From the IMG/VR virus record IMGVR_UViG_3300025127_000021: a DNA stretch of 64,000 nucleotides. One strand, 5' to 3'. The stretch is from an uncultured virus (IMG/VR IMGVR_UViG_3300025127_000021). Taxonomy: Duplodnaviria > Heunggongvirae > Uroviricota > Caudoviricetes. Under the pieces are notes generated by a model. That model ran no database searches, was not told the DNA's origin, and was given only the letters and a program-made list of their open reading frames with translations. Of this stretch, positions 45,833 to 57,400 are shown one piece after another (positions within the stretch are counted from its first letter, which is position 1; each line of letters begins with the position of its first letter). Made by a program: the position numbers and the translations under genes.

Positions 45833-47391
45833 TGGCTATTTTAAGATACACTGCAAGTGCAGATAATACCATATCAAACTCATTTAACGAAAATATGCTA
45901 ACTAACCAACGAGCTACCGGCTCTAATATGGGAAAAGCTGATATTGTTGAAGTGTTTAGCATCTATGGGCAAGACTCTGGATCATCTGGGCTTTCGTCCG
46001 AGATATCCCGAGGTCTTATTAAATTTGATATTACGAAGATAAACTCTGATAGGACCGCCGGGACAATCCCTGCTCAAGGTTCTGTTAAATTTTATTTAAA
46101 AATGTTCAACGCCGCGCATTCTAGAACATTACCAGAAGACTTTATTATCAGGGCTGCTGTTATAACTAGAGATTGGCAAGAAGGTTACGGCCTTGATATG
46201 GATAACTATAAAGATAAAACCTATGACGGTATTGGTTCAAATTGGATGCGAGCCTCGAAATCAGCAGCGTGGACTAACTTTGGAGGAGATTTTCTAACTA
46301 CATCCGGAAATTTTGTCGACATTACGTTTAATAACGGCGACGAAGATATTGAAGCAGATGTCACAACACTTGTTGAGCGTTGGCTCGGTGATTCTCCAAC
46401 AAATACAAACTACGGATTGATTTTGAAAATGGGAGCAGCCTATGAACCATATCAAAACAATGATGGCGCCAGTTCGACAAAGTATTCGCTACATAATACC
46501 AGCGGAGCAAAGAGATCTTTTTATACTAAGAAATTTTTTGCTCGCGGTACTGAGTATTTTTTCAAAAGGCCTGTGATCGAAGCTCGATGGGATGATTCCG
46601 TTAAAGACGACCGAGGCGAATTTTATCTGAAGTCTCCTGCTGCCTCTCTAGCTCAAAATTTAAACAACCTGTATTATTATAACAATATACGAGGAAAGCT
46701 AGTTGACCTTGCATCGGCACCAACTGTGCAGGTGTTCAAATCAGACGGAACCACCCGAGACTCATCACCGCTCGTTCTGGTCAACACTTCCAACACCACT
46801 GTTTCTACAATTACTTCAACTAAGACTGCAACTGGAACATACCGTGCACAATTTGCCTATGACAGTACAACAAGTGGCAATGAATTGACAACCGCCAAGC
46901 CTTATCTCGTTGATGTGTGGTCACACTCAGGTACTGTTGTTTTAGAGGGTCAACCAATTAAACCAAAAGCTTTTGAAATTAGCAATGCCAACCCTGAGAA
47001 AGAATATGTTGTGACAATCAAAAACCTTTACAAACAATATGATGAAAAAGACAAAGCTAGGTTTAGAGTTTTTATTAGAGAAAAGGGTTGGTCTCCAAAT
47101 GTTTACACAGTAGTTAACACAGTTGTACAACCTTTGATGATACAAAGCGCATCTTTTCAAGTTCATCGAACTGTTGATGAGGCGATAGTTATACCATATG
47201 GCACAGCTTCTAGTCCATCCCACACTATGTTGTCCCATGATGTTTCGGGCAATTATTTTGATTTAAGTATGAATCTACTTGAGCCCGGATATTCTTATGG
47301 GATTCGAATTGCAATTTATGAAGATGCAATTGGGTCTTGGCGAGAACAACCATATACCTTCAAGTTCAGAGTAGATAAAAATGAGTATTAA
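45832..47391 (+). CDS. baseplate-associated beta-rich structural protein (DNRLRE-like N-terminus)
   Basis: ADNTI..SRGLIKFD..W.EG..W..GGD..NYG..F..RP pattern; follows gp6. Confidence 0.6.
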   Translation: MAILRYTASADNTISNSFNENMLTNQRATGSNMGKADIVEVFSIYGQDSGSSGLSSEISRGLIKFDITKINSDRTAGTIPAQGSVKFYLKMFNAAHSRTLPEDFIIRAAVITRDWQEGYGLDMDNYKDKTYDGIGSNWMRASKSAAWTNFGGDFLTTSGNFVDITFNNGDEDIEADVTTLVERWLGDSPTNTNYGLILKMGAAYEPYQNNDGASSTKYSLHNTSGAKRSFYTKKFFARGTEYFFKRPVIEARWDDSVKDDRGEFYLKSPAASLAQNLNNLYYYNNIRGKLVDLASAPTVQVFKSDGTTRDSSPLVLVNTSNTTVSTITSTKTATGTYRAQFAYDSTTSGNELTTAKPYLVDVWSHSGTVVLEGQPIKPKAFEISNANPEKEYVVTIKNLYKQYDEKDKARFRVFIREKGWSPNVYTVVNTVVQPLMIQSASFQVHRTVDEAIVIPYGTASSPSHTMLSHDVSGNYFDLSMNLLEPGYSYGIRIAIYEDAIGSWREQPYTFKFRVDKNEY

Positions 47392-50300
47392 AGATCTTTT
47401 TAATAAAAAAGTAGTAGTAATAGAATCCGCTGCATCAGCTTCCGTCAAAACAGAATCATCAGATTTCATCTCTTCTTCGTTGCAAGAGATGGAAACTTTC
47501 ATTCCTCCAATTGACTTTAGGACTGCATCAAATTTTGTAAAATATGGATCAGCAGAACTATATTATGAAAATGCCATAAAAAGAATATATCAACAATATC
47601 CTTATGATGGAACTTTATCCGAACAAAAAATGTATCACCTGTCTTCTTCTGCGCTTGATAGGTGGATTTTTAAATACAAATATCCAAAATCTACAGGGTA
47701 TGTTAATCTAGGACAGAATTATGGATCCTCTTTGGGTTCAAAAGGAGACTACGAGGGCTATGGTAATCTAGAGTGGATTCGGATAAACGGAGGAATTCAC
47801 ACAGCCTCTGCTGGTATGACTGGCAAGCCTTTGTATAAAACTTTTGACGATTCAAATATATATGACACTAACACCAATAGAACACATTGTTTAAAAACCA
47901 ACATGAGTGATGGAGTAACTATTGAATTCTGGCTTAGAAAACCAGCATCCAAGTCTGTTGGTAAAAACGAAGTTTTATTTGATTTGTGGAACGGAAACAA
48001 CTCTGGCTCTTCTGATCATGGTCGTGTGACTCTAGAGTATGATACTAGTGGCGGTACAAAGCAGCGATTCTTGTTAACGTTACATTCTGGTTCTACAAAC
48101 GGAACAACAGGTATAGGTTTTACTAGACAAGCAATTGGTCCATCTATAGGTGCAGCTATAGACAATTGGACACATTACGCTGTCACAATGAAAAATGATT
48201 CCTCAAACATTCGTGTTAGATTTTATGTCAACGGAAAAGAAAGCTCAAATCAAACTTTAGGTACTTCTAGAATGGGCGAATTCCGAGGTAAAATAAACGC
48301 TCACATTGGATCCCTAATAACAAATCCAGTGGGGGATGTATATCATGACGCAAACCCTGCAATAAATCAAGGATGGGGTCGCCTGTCCGGATCTATGGAT
48401 GAATTTCGATTTTGGAAAACAAAGCGTACATCTGAAGAGATTGAAACAAATTACTGGCACCCATTTGGCGGAGGCCAAAATAAAAAACACCCAGATGAGT
48501 TAAAAAACAATTTGGGAGTGTATTATAAGTTTAATGAAGGTATTACTGCTGTTGCCACAACAGATTCTAAAGTATTGGATTACTCAGGCCGAATATCTAA
48601 TGGTGTATGGAATAACTATCCATCATCCCAGACTCCAAGAAGCACAGGGTCCGCATTTGAAATATCAAAAGTTCTAGAAAAAGAACCAGCCGATCCAATT
48701 ATATATTCATCCCACCCATCTGTGTCAACATTGCTATCTGAAATGAAAATATCTGGATCTTTGCATGACAGAGAAAAAGGTATCTATCTTTATGACACTT
48801 TGCCCTCATGGATTAGAGATGAGGATGAGCAATTTCAATCAAATACGAAAAAATTGATGCAAACTGTAGCTAGCCACTTTGACACACTGTATTCACAAAT
48901 CTCATATATCAATAAAATTAAAGATAAAAGGTATTTTGAAATAGATAATCCACATTTTGAAGATCGTCCTCATCATTTTGCAAAAAGAATATTGGAAAGT
49001 CAAGGGTTTTCTGTGGCAGAAATTTTCCCTAACAGCAGCATGTATCAATACTTTATGGATAGAGACATTGATACAACAAAATACTCTATGCCACTGGAAG
49101 AAGTTAAGAATGTAATATATCAAAATATTTACAACAATTTAGAGCAAATATACAAATCAAAGGGAACTGAGTCTTCCATAAGAAATTTTATAAGATGCTT
49201 TGGTATTGATGATGAGTTACTAAAGATAAACCTTTATACTGACAAAGCCAAGCATTATTTAAGAGATAGAGTCAAACATACATCCTTTAAGAAAAAATAT
49301 GTGAATTTTAATAGTCCAAAGCACTTTTCGGCATCTTTATATCAAACAGGATCCTCTGCCAACAATTTAACATATCTGTTGGGCCATGGCTCTTCCACAA
49401 ATCACGAAAGAGTAACGGCATTTACTTATGAAGCTGATATTATAGTTCCTTATAAAATTAAAAAATACCAAGAGGGTTACTTTAATACACCGTTTGTAAG
49501 TGCATCCATTTTCGGCCAACATAGGGCAAAGTCAACTCCAACAGATTACACATGGGAATCAACAGATAGTAACGAGTTTCAAGTGTATCTAGTCAGACAA
49601 GAACTGGACTCCCCACATGCTTATTTTGTACTGAAATCTACAACCCTAGGGGTTGAATTGAAGACTGGGTTATATAAGGACATCTATGACAATGAAAGAT
49701 GGAATCTAGCAGTAAGACTAAAACCAGAAACATTCCCATATGGAGAAGGTCATCTATCCAGCACTGCAACAAAGTACACTATTGACTTTTATGGTGTAAA
49801 TTATAATATGGATGTGGTTCAAAACGAGTTTCACTTAAGTGCGTCCATAAGTAACGCTCTTGGTTTGGACTTTGCAAGAACCAATAAAAGAATATATGCT
49901 GGTGCACATTTAACAAACTTTACTGGTAGCGTTGTAAAGCACACCGATTTAAAAATTGGAGGTATTCGTTTTTGGGCAGATTATTTAGAAAACAACACAA
50001 TCAAACAGCATGCTTTGGACGCCTCAAATGTTGGAGCAAACACAGGGTCTTATTCAAACTCAACTATTTTTACTCCAACATTAACAGCAAAACATATACC
50101 CAAATACGACACTGCCGGTTTGGTGTGGGATTTTGATACAGTAACTGGTTCAAACTCTGCTGGGTCTTTTGTGGCTGAAGATGTCTCTTCTGGTTCTACT
50201 GGTGCACTTTATGGGTGGATAGACAACTTAATCAATAAAGAAAATCGAGCTAAATCAAAAAACTTCCCAGCATCCTCAAAACTAATGATATCTCCAGAGT

Positions 50301-53300
50301 TTGTGTACTCTAGTAAAAAAGAACTACCTGAGATATCATTTTCTAATGATAATATAGTAATAAAAGGTGACGAAGAAAAGTTTTTTATTGAAGATGATGA
50401 CGTTAGTGATAATTTTTTGTCAATCGAAAAGAGCATGTATCAAATAGTATCAGAAGAGATGTTGAATACATTTTCTTCTGTTAGGGAATTTTCTAATTTA
50501 ATTGGTAAAGCTCAAGATAGATATACAAGAAGATATGAGCGTTTAGATCATCTTAGAAAAATCTTTTTTAAGAAAGTCCAAGCATCTCCAGATTTTGATA
50601 AATTTACAGAATACTATAGGTGGATAGATTCTTCAATATCCATGATGATACATCAGCTAATACCCGTTAGTTTGAGGGCCTCTCAAGAAATCTCTAACAT
50701 GTATGAAAGTCATATCTTGGAGAGAAACAAATATCAAAATAAATTTCCTTTGACTCAGCGTTACGAATCAACAGAAGCTCACCTTAGGGGAGTGGAAGAG
50801 CTAAGGTATAATTGGAAATTTGGCCACGCTAACAAGCAGTTCTCTAAAGCAACAATAAATATACAAATACCTGTTGTTGCTGGTCAAAAAATAACTTTTG
50901 GGGATGGGGTCAAGACCCCAATAGCCTATACTTTTGTGCCTACATCACCCGGCTCTAATGAGATTTTAATCGACAGCAATCTCCAAACTCAAAGAAACTT
51001 GATCAAATCTAGATTAGAGGCCGACTTTGATGTGGAGGTAACAACAACTCAAGTGATGAGTGTCATCAACAACAACACAGCTAGTCCGTATGGAATCACC
51101 TCTACTCTTGCACTGCCCAATAAAGTCAGCGGCTTTGGAAAAGCTTTTCTTGAAAACAGAAACTGTCTTTGGTGGAAAGATCGTGCTCAAAGAACAAGAG
51201 CTTTTCCGGGAGCTTCGTCGGAATATAACAAGGACAAAGAAGAATTAAGAAATGTTATTGTTTCTGAGGTTTCATCATCCAACATAAATCAAGCAAAATC
51301 AGACAAAACAATATATCAAGGTTCAACATATGCAATAAGAAAGTTTTCTAATCCACTTAGGATGCGTGTGACTGAACAAAGTACAATACACTCTGGAATT
51401 AATTACGATAAAAGAAAAAATAGAAACATAGTACACAATGCTATTGGTGTGCACGGTGGTTTTAATCCCGCCCCGGTAAATGTTTTAATAGCTGGTATTG
51501 ATGCAGGCTCTGGTTTAAATGAGGAAAAGAACTGTTCAGACATCATCACCCCAGTGTATGATTCAAAAAATGCTTCAATAGTCTCTAAAAAGAAAAAAAG
51601 ACATGGGTTAATAGAACATGGTAGACATTACAAAGAAGAGTATTTGGGATTCTACTCTCTAGACACGGTTTTGCCGTTCAACATTTACACAAATCCAGCA
51701 TCCTCTGGAGTTGATAAGAATCTTGTAGCTGACTACACAGCATCAGTAACTTTTACTAATTTACATTCCGATACATATGGCAATACAAACGATATTGGCG
51801 TACAAGGTCCATTTACTAACGCATGGGTTGGTGGTCACCAACACAGGCACATACAACTTAACAAGTCATCATCTGTAGGCACAAGCACTAATGGCTTGGA
51901 TAGCCCAGACAACAGACCAGAAGCTTGGAGGGTCTTTACTCAAGTTGCATCGTTTGATCCAAACGATCCTAATGTTGGAGGCACTGATCCTGATATTATA
52001 TTTGGTATAGTAGGTCCAGACTATGGAGGTCCCTATCCAGACACAGCCCGAAAATATGCCACCCGCTATAGAGAAGAAACCACCAAGCGTCCTTTAAATA
52101 TTAAAAACATCCAAACAATACGCCCAATGTTTAAATCAAATGGTGCTTATGTTACGTCATCGACTGGTCAAATTATGACCGGATCTGTGCTTCAAGGGAA
52201 TTATTTTTCAAATTACGAGGTTGTTCAAGCCCACAGCAGAACAAACAACAATTTGTATATTAAAAAAGCTTTGAGTTCAAAAGATGTAGACAAGCAAGAG
52301 TCGATACTTATATCTGAGGCAATGGCCAACAAAAGGTCTTTGGTGTATCAAGAGAAAACTTTGCTTGAAGAGACTACCAATTATTCTTCTTTGTATGGAC
52401 GAAGAGCCTCTTTGTTGCACAATGATGGTAATATATTTTTAAGAAAGCCAAAGTATACGGGAGCCGGTGCCAGTACGCCGGGTGGATACGGTGTAGAGTG
52501 GTCTGCCGATGACGTAGGATTCAGGGTTCAAAAACTTATGGCCACTTGGTTTAAGGAATCAGACACTAGTCGAATAAGAGAGTGGACTTTTGCTGGTTGG
52601 TCTTATATGCTCAACATCCCCGAAAGAACTTATGCAGTTGTCGCAAAGTTTGGAAACAATTCTTTTGAGGGTTGTCAAATAAATTTTTGTCGACCCAAAG
52701 GTGCGGGTAATCAAAAATTTCATATTGATATAATACAAGCAGGAACAGCAGCAGACAAGATGGGTCACTATAGAACTACAAGTAATTTTTCTTCTGATAT
52801 GTGGCACCATATCGTTGTTCACTTTGCACCAGTTTCTATTAAAGATGTACCGATTGTATATGTTGACGGAGTACAACAACAGGTTCAACAAATACTCTTT
52901 CCCGATTCTTTAGTGTTCGCAAAATCTGACCCTTCGTGGTTCTATTTGGGCAAGTCGACTCTTCCAAAATTGCTTGCTTATGTACCCATAGACACACCAG
53001 CACAATCTTCTTTTAAAGGAAGAATAACAGATTTTAATTTATGGCATCACCCTAGAGAGTCGGGTAAGCCACTCCCAAGAGAGTTTGACAAATTTGCTAA
53101 AAGACATTTCAATAGAGGTTTCTTGATAGATCCAAATAACTTATCTGATGACACGCAAGTTTTGTGGTTTACAATGGGCCGCAGTCCTTATGATGACGTC
53201 GGTAATGGCATTTACAATAATATGATTAATATTAAAAATTCACAAGCAGGCCATGCCCAGTTAGACCAGTTTGATAACACCACTCCTACTAATATTTCTT

Positions 53301-54439
53301 CTCCAATGTTGTATGAAAACTCTCCCAAAATTGTTGACACTTCGGGTTATCATTGGGAATGGTCATTTGATAAAGATCGACCACCAACAGGCTCCTATAC
53401 AGACTCCGTTATTGTCAGTAGATTTTCCTCACCCGGAGGTCCGGAGCAAATGAGTCAAGGATTCTTAGATGTTCGTGGAAATGAAATGTCTGTATATAAC
53501 GCATTGCCATTTAGAAACACCAGTGTTCTGGGAAACAAGACAAGATTTAACCCCGTTGGGAATATAGCGATTGGGGGATCTGGTGAGCTTGACGACGGAA
53601 TTAGAGTCACTTACCTTCCCAATGTCAGACTTGGTTTAAATGCTTTAACAGCAATGCATAGTCGGAAACAAGGCTTACTGACAGCCACCCCACAATCAAA
53701 AGATTTGAATAAGTTAGCTTCATCACTTATACAACCATCTTTTCATAAAATTCAAAGAAACACACAATATAAAATTATTCCCACCACGAGCCCCACAAAC
53801 CCAAAGTTTAACAAAAAATATGACAATGGGTTTGTGACTTCTCCAATTCCTAGAAGTGATTTTCAATATTCTTGGATTACTTCGTCTTTGGGATCTAATT
53901 ATAGTATACACAGTGGTCAGCAAGTAATTTATGATTACGCACCTAGAAGTGGCAAAGTGGATTCTCATGCCAAAGGTACAAAAGCTTTCGGGTCTATAAA
54001 TTTAAAATCAGTGTTTTATAACAACTCTGGGGTGACAAGACAGGGTTTTGAGATTGATAGCGTGATTACCCAACCTTTGCGTATTACATTAAGCGATGGA
54101 GATAACATTCTGGAGTTTGAATTTGATAAAGACGGTATTTACACTGGATTTCCTGTCTTTCCTATCAATCTTGGATCCAATACTGTGTGGGAGCAGTATG
54201 CCAATGGTTTTGTAAAAGCAATACTGGCTTCACCATTAAATTTGTCGGCTGTGGCAACCGGAGCCACTGTGACTATTACCAGTGATGTTCCCGGAAAGCT
54301 AAATTCTCCTCCACAGTTTGTACAAATTATAAAAGATAACATTGTGAATGACATAGAATACACACCATTTGTAAATGGGAGAGCCGCATTCGTTGAGGCG
54401 ATAATATTCCCATCAGCATCAGAAATAGTAGGAGTTTGA
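47381..54439 (+). CDS. giant baseplate/tail protein with LamG-like domains (2352 aa)
   Basis: TIEFW..WTHYAVT..FYVNG..GSMDEFRFW LamG pattern, a second copy (WHHIVV..YVDG); YKSKGTESSIR gp7/gpI-like motif. Confidence 0.75.
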   Translation: MSIKDLFNKKVVVIESAASASVKTESSDFISSSLQEMETFIPPIDFRTASNFVKYGSAELYYENAIKRIYQQYPYDGTLSEQKMYHLSSSALDRWIFKYKYPKSTGYVNLGQNYGSSLGSKGDYEGYGNLEWIRINGGIHTASAGMTGKPLYKTFDDSNIYDTNTNRTHCLKTNMSDGVTIEFWLRKPASKSVGKNEVLFDLWNGNNSGSSDHGRVTLEYDTSGGTKQRFLLTLHSGSTNGTTGIGFTRQAIGPSIGAAIDNWTHYAVTMKNDSSNIRVRFYVNGKESSNQTLGTSRMGEFRGKINAHIGSLITNPVGDVYHDANPAINQGWGRLSGSMDEFRFWKTKRTSEEIETNYWHPFGGGQNKKHPDELKNNLGVYYKFNEGITAVATTDSKVLDYSGRISNGVWNNYPSSQTPRSTGSAFEISKVLEKEPADPIIYSSHPSVSTLLSEMKISGSLHDREKGIYLYDTLPSWIRDEDEQFQSNTKKLMQTVASHFDTLYSQISYINKIKDKRYFEIDNPHFEDRPHHFAKRILESQGFSVAEIFPNSSMYQYFMDRDIDTTKYSMPLEEVKNVIYQNIYNNLEQIYKSKGTESSIRNFIRCFGIDDELLKINLYTDKAKHYLRDRVKHTSFKKKYVNFNSPKHFSASLYQTGSSANNLTYLLGHGSSTNHERVTAFTYEADIIVPYKIKKYQEGYFNTPFVSASIFGQHRAKSTPTDYTWESTDSNEFQVYLVRQELDSPHAYFVLKSTTLGVELKTGLYKDIYDNERWNLAVRLKPETFPYGEGHLSSTATKYTIDFYGVNYNMDVVQNEFHLSASISNALGLDFARTNKRIYAGAHLTNFTGSVVKHTDLKIGGIRFWADYLENNTIKQHALDASNVGANTGSYSNSTIFTPTLTAKHIPKYDTAGLVWDFDTVTGSNSAGSFVAEDVSSGSTGALYGWIDNLINKENRAKSKNFPASSKLMISPEFVYSSKKELPEISFSNDNIVIKGDEEKFFIEDDDVSDNFLSIEKSMYQIVSEEMLNTFSSVREFSNLIGKAQDRYTRRYERLDHLRKIFFKKVQASPDFDKFTEYYRWIDSSISMMIHQLIPVSLRASQEISNMYESHILERNKYQNKFPLTQRYESTEAHLRGVEELRYNWKFGHANKQFSKATINIQIPVVAGQKITFGDGVKTPIAYTFVPTSPGSNEILIDSNLQTQRNLIKSRLEADFDVEVTTTQVMSVINNNTASPYGITSTLALPNKVSGFGKAFLENRNCLWWKDRAQRTRAFPGASSEYNKDKEELRNVIVSEVSSSNINQAKSDKTIYQGSTYAIRKFSNPLRMRVTEQSTIHSGINYDKRKNRNIVHNAIGVHGGFNPAPVNVLIAGIDAGSGLNEEKNCSDIITPVYDSKNASIVSKKKKRHGLIEHGRHYKEEYLGFYSLDTVLPFNIYTNPASSGVDKNLVADYTASVTFTNLHSDTYGNTNDIGVQGPFTNAWVGGHQHRHIQLNKSSSVGTSTNGLDSPDNRPEAWRVFTQVASFDPNDPNVGGTDPDIIFGIVGPDYGGPYPDTARKYATRYREETTKRPLNIKNIQTIRPMFKSNGAYVTSSTGQIMTGSVLQGNYFSNYEVVQAHSRTNNNLYIKKALSSKDVDKQESILISEAMANKRSLVYQEKTLLEETTNYSSLYGRRASLLHNDGNIFLRKPKYTGAGASTPGGYGVEWSADDVGFRVQKLMATWFKESDTSRIREWTFAGWSYMLNIPERTYAVVAKFGNNSFEGCQINFCRPKGAGNQKFHIDIIQAGTAADKMGHYRTTSNFSSDMWHHIVVHFAPVSIKDVPIVYVDGVQQQVQQILFPDSLVFAKSDPSWFYLGKSTLPKLLAYVPIDTPAQSSFKGRITDFNLWHHPRESGKPLPREFDKFAKRHFNRGFLIDPNNLSDDTQVLWFTMGRSPYDDVGNGIYNNMINIKNSQAGHAQLDQFDNTTPTNISSPMLYENSPKIVDTSGYHWEWSFDKDRPPTGSYTDSVIVSRFSSPGGPEQMSQGFLDVRGNEMSVYNALPFRNTSVLGNKTRFNPVGNIAIGGSGELDDGIRVTYLPNVRLGLNALTAMHSRKQGLLTATPQSKDLNKLASSLIQPSFHKIQRNTQYKIIPTTSPTNPKFNKKYDNGFVTSPIPRSDFQYSWITSSLGSNYSIHSGQQVIYDYAPRSGKVDSHAKGTKAFGSINLKSVFYNNSGVTRQGFEIDSVITQPLRITLSDGDNILEFEFDKDGIYTGFPVFPINLGSNTVWEQYANGFVKAILASPLNLSAVATGATVTITSDVPGKLNSPPQFVQIIKDNIVNDIEYTPFVNGRAAFVEAIIFPSASEIVGV

Positions 54440-54440
54440 A

Positions 54441-57400
54441 ATGGGTCAACCAATAGATTTTGTGGGATTAAATACATTTATATACGAGCCTTTGGGGTGG
54501 GACACAACAACCCAAACCAACTTGGCAGGGGGTTCTGGTTCTGTCGAAAAAATCAAAAACAACAACGTTCCAAATCTTTTAGACTATGATGTTCCAGTGG
54601 AACAAAACACTTTTGGAAACTTAGGCACTATGGAAATAGAATATGGCCAAATATCACCCGCTGTTCACAATTCGACATTTCGCTTGACCAACGTAAAATA
54701 CCAACTTTTAGGTGGTGTCCTTCCTGACCCTGCAACCGGAAACAAACCCCTTGACGCAGTTGGAGCGACCAGAGCTAAAGCACAGCATTTAAATATCTTA
54801 ACTTTAAGAAGAAATGGTCCTTATGGTTACTCAACTTGGAAGCAAATTCGAGTTAGTCAAAACCCTTTGACAAGAAAGCAGAATAAAAATAATATTTTCA
54901 CTTATGTTATACAGGGCGATGAAGTCACCTCAACACTTTCTGGCAGTGTCGCTATTAAGAAAAATAGATACTCTACCATTCAAAAAAAGGTGGAAACACC
55001 TGTTGCTTCAAAGTTTAAACCAATCGAGGTGTTACTAGGAGTAACAGACGAAGATATAGACAGAATTAGAAGAGTCATGGTCAGGTCACCTCTTGGAAAT
55101 GATGTTGTGTTTTTCAACAACAAAGAAGTGGACCAACACATGGATGTTGAGTATGAAGAGAGTGAGGCATATAAAACCATCAAAGGTATGTACTTGGCTG
55201 GAGCATTAGACAGCCCTGATTCTCCAATAGATTCATTTGAATATATTAAGTATTCCGAAACAATCTTTCCCTCTTTGATAAATGTGTATCAAAATTATAG
55301 TAGATCTAGAACAAATTTTCAATTCTCATGGAGATCATCCAACGAAAAAAGAGTCAAACCATCAATTGCTTTCACCGGTTCTGTTTATCATGATGGGGCT
55401 TATGTACAGGGTTCGACTCCTCAGACCGCCCCTTCTATCGATAATGGTTTTGGTTTTAATGTTCCGTATCAAAGTGATTGGGTTTTAGATTCTCTTTGGA
55501 ATTTGACTTCCTTTGCTCCTCCGCAAGATGGTTTGTTTTTGACTCGAACAGGTGCTCTGGGGCTCACTCAATATGACCAGTATAACCGCTATATGCCCAC
55601 TCGTGCATCTATAAGTTCCGCCAGTGTGTACTATTATCCAATCGGCGGAGCAGCCCAATATTGGAACGGTGACACGGCTTATAACTACAGGACTGGCTCT
55701 TTGTCTTCTTCTGCTGGTGGTGAAGGACAATTGATGAATTCTTATTGTATGTTTACAGACTGGAGACAAGTAACCTCCAGTGGAGGATCGCACCCTGCAA
55801 TTGATGATTTTTTGACGGCCAGTTCTCTTTATTCTAGAAAAACTTTAATACCAACTCGTAAATCTTTAGCAGCACAATCGGGAAGAGTTTATTCTCATCA
55901 CGGCCAAAACACTGATGATTTATTGCACATGTATCATTATTTTGGAGGCGCAACGGCATGGACTGCTGGAGATACAAGAAAATCACAGGTAGATGGCGTA
56001 TTGGTTTCAAACAAAAGATACCCAATGGATGACAACTATGATAAGTTTGCAGAATACACCAAAATATTGGCCAAAGATTACTCGATTGTTCCGGAATTTA
56101 AAATAAGCAATCATGTCGAATTTTATGACAAGTTTGGCCCTCAAGAAGAAAACAAAGCTCTTTTTGGTATAAGCGGATCTGGCAAATACAGTTCTAATCA
56201 AGGAGAATACAATAGTTCTGATGAGGAGTTTTATAAAATATACTCCAACACAGATTTTATGAAACATTTTGACTTGGTTAAAAATGATCATTCCGAGTTT
56301 GTTGAGCCATCGGCAATTTCTTTAAAATGCAATGCGATTAAAAAACTACTACCTTATGATGGATTTTATCCTGCTCAAAGAGCAAACCAACTAGCAAAGC
56401 AGTTTTACAAATCTTATGGAGACCATTTTGATCTAGATGAGGCATCAGTTACCATATCAGACACCCCCGGAACCTTGGATAAAACCCAAACAACAGAGTT
56501 GGTATTCATGCCAAACCGGTTTAACGCAATATTTGAAGACTCTACACAACAGCCACATTATGGCAATAAAGTTAATAACAACAATTCTACATTTCATGAA
56601 CTTCACGGTGAGTATCCTCAAATTTCCCACGACTATTTGAGTTGGCATAGTGATGAGTCTACCTCCTCGTATGCACCAAACGATGGGTATAAATCAGGAT
56701 ACGGGGTAAAATGGCTTTTTGACCGAATACATCAAGGTCAAATGGACTATCACATGGAAGGGGCAATTAACCCAATTCAAGATGGCGCTTTCCCGTCACA
56801 GTTCTCCGGCTGGACATCTTGGATACCCTCCCCAGAGGGTAGTACGGATATAAAAAAGGCTAAGTTTAATGTATACAGAGCCCACAAGTTAAAAGGGCAC
56901 TTTCCTGCATTAAGAAAGTGGAAGTATTGGATTGGCATTAATGCCGTCAATGGAACCAGTGCCTACCAAAATGTTAATATATATGGAGATCAACGGAAAG
57001 GATGGAAAAATGGTATAACTGCCGCCTCATCCGTCGATCAATCGTTTCATGGTGCACATGATGGTGACCCCATCCGAGACCCTGAAACTACCCTCAGCCC
57101 CACCACCGGTCTGCCGTTCAAAATGGACATTAATTTTCCTAGGAAAAACAATCTGGTGCACCAATTTTCTGGGGAGGTTTGTGAATATGACTCGGTCGAA
57201 TACAAAACAAATAACGTTGCGGGATTTGAATATCTTAATTTAATACCGGATGAATTTTTTTCCAGCTATCATAAATTAAGAGCACAGTGGCGGGTGCACA
57301 CCAACACCTACAGCCGAGGTTATCATTTTGGCTTTGATTCCACTGATAGGTTCGATAGCAGAATCCCAGACCCATCCGAAAGAAGTGCTAATTGCCCAAA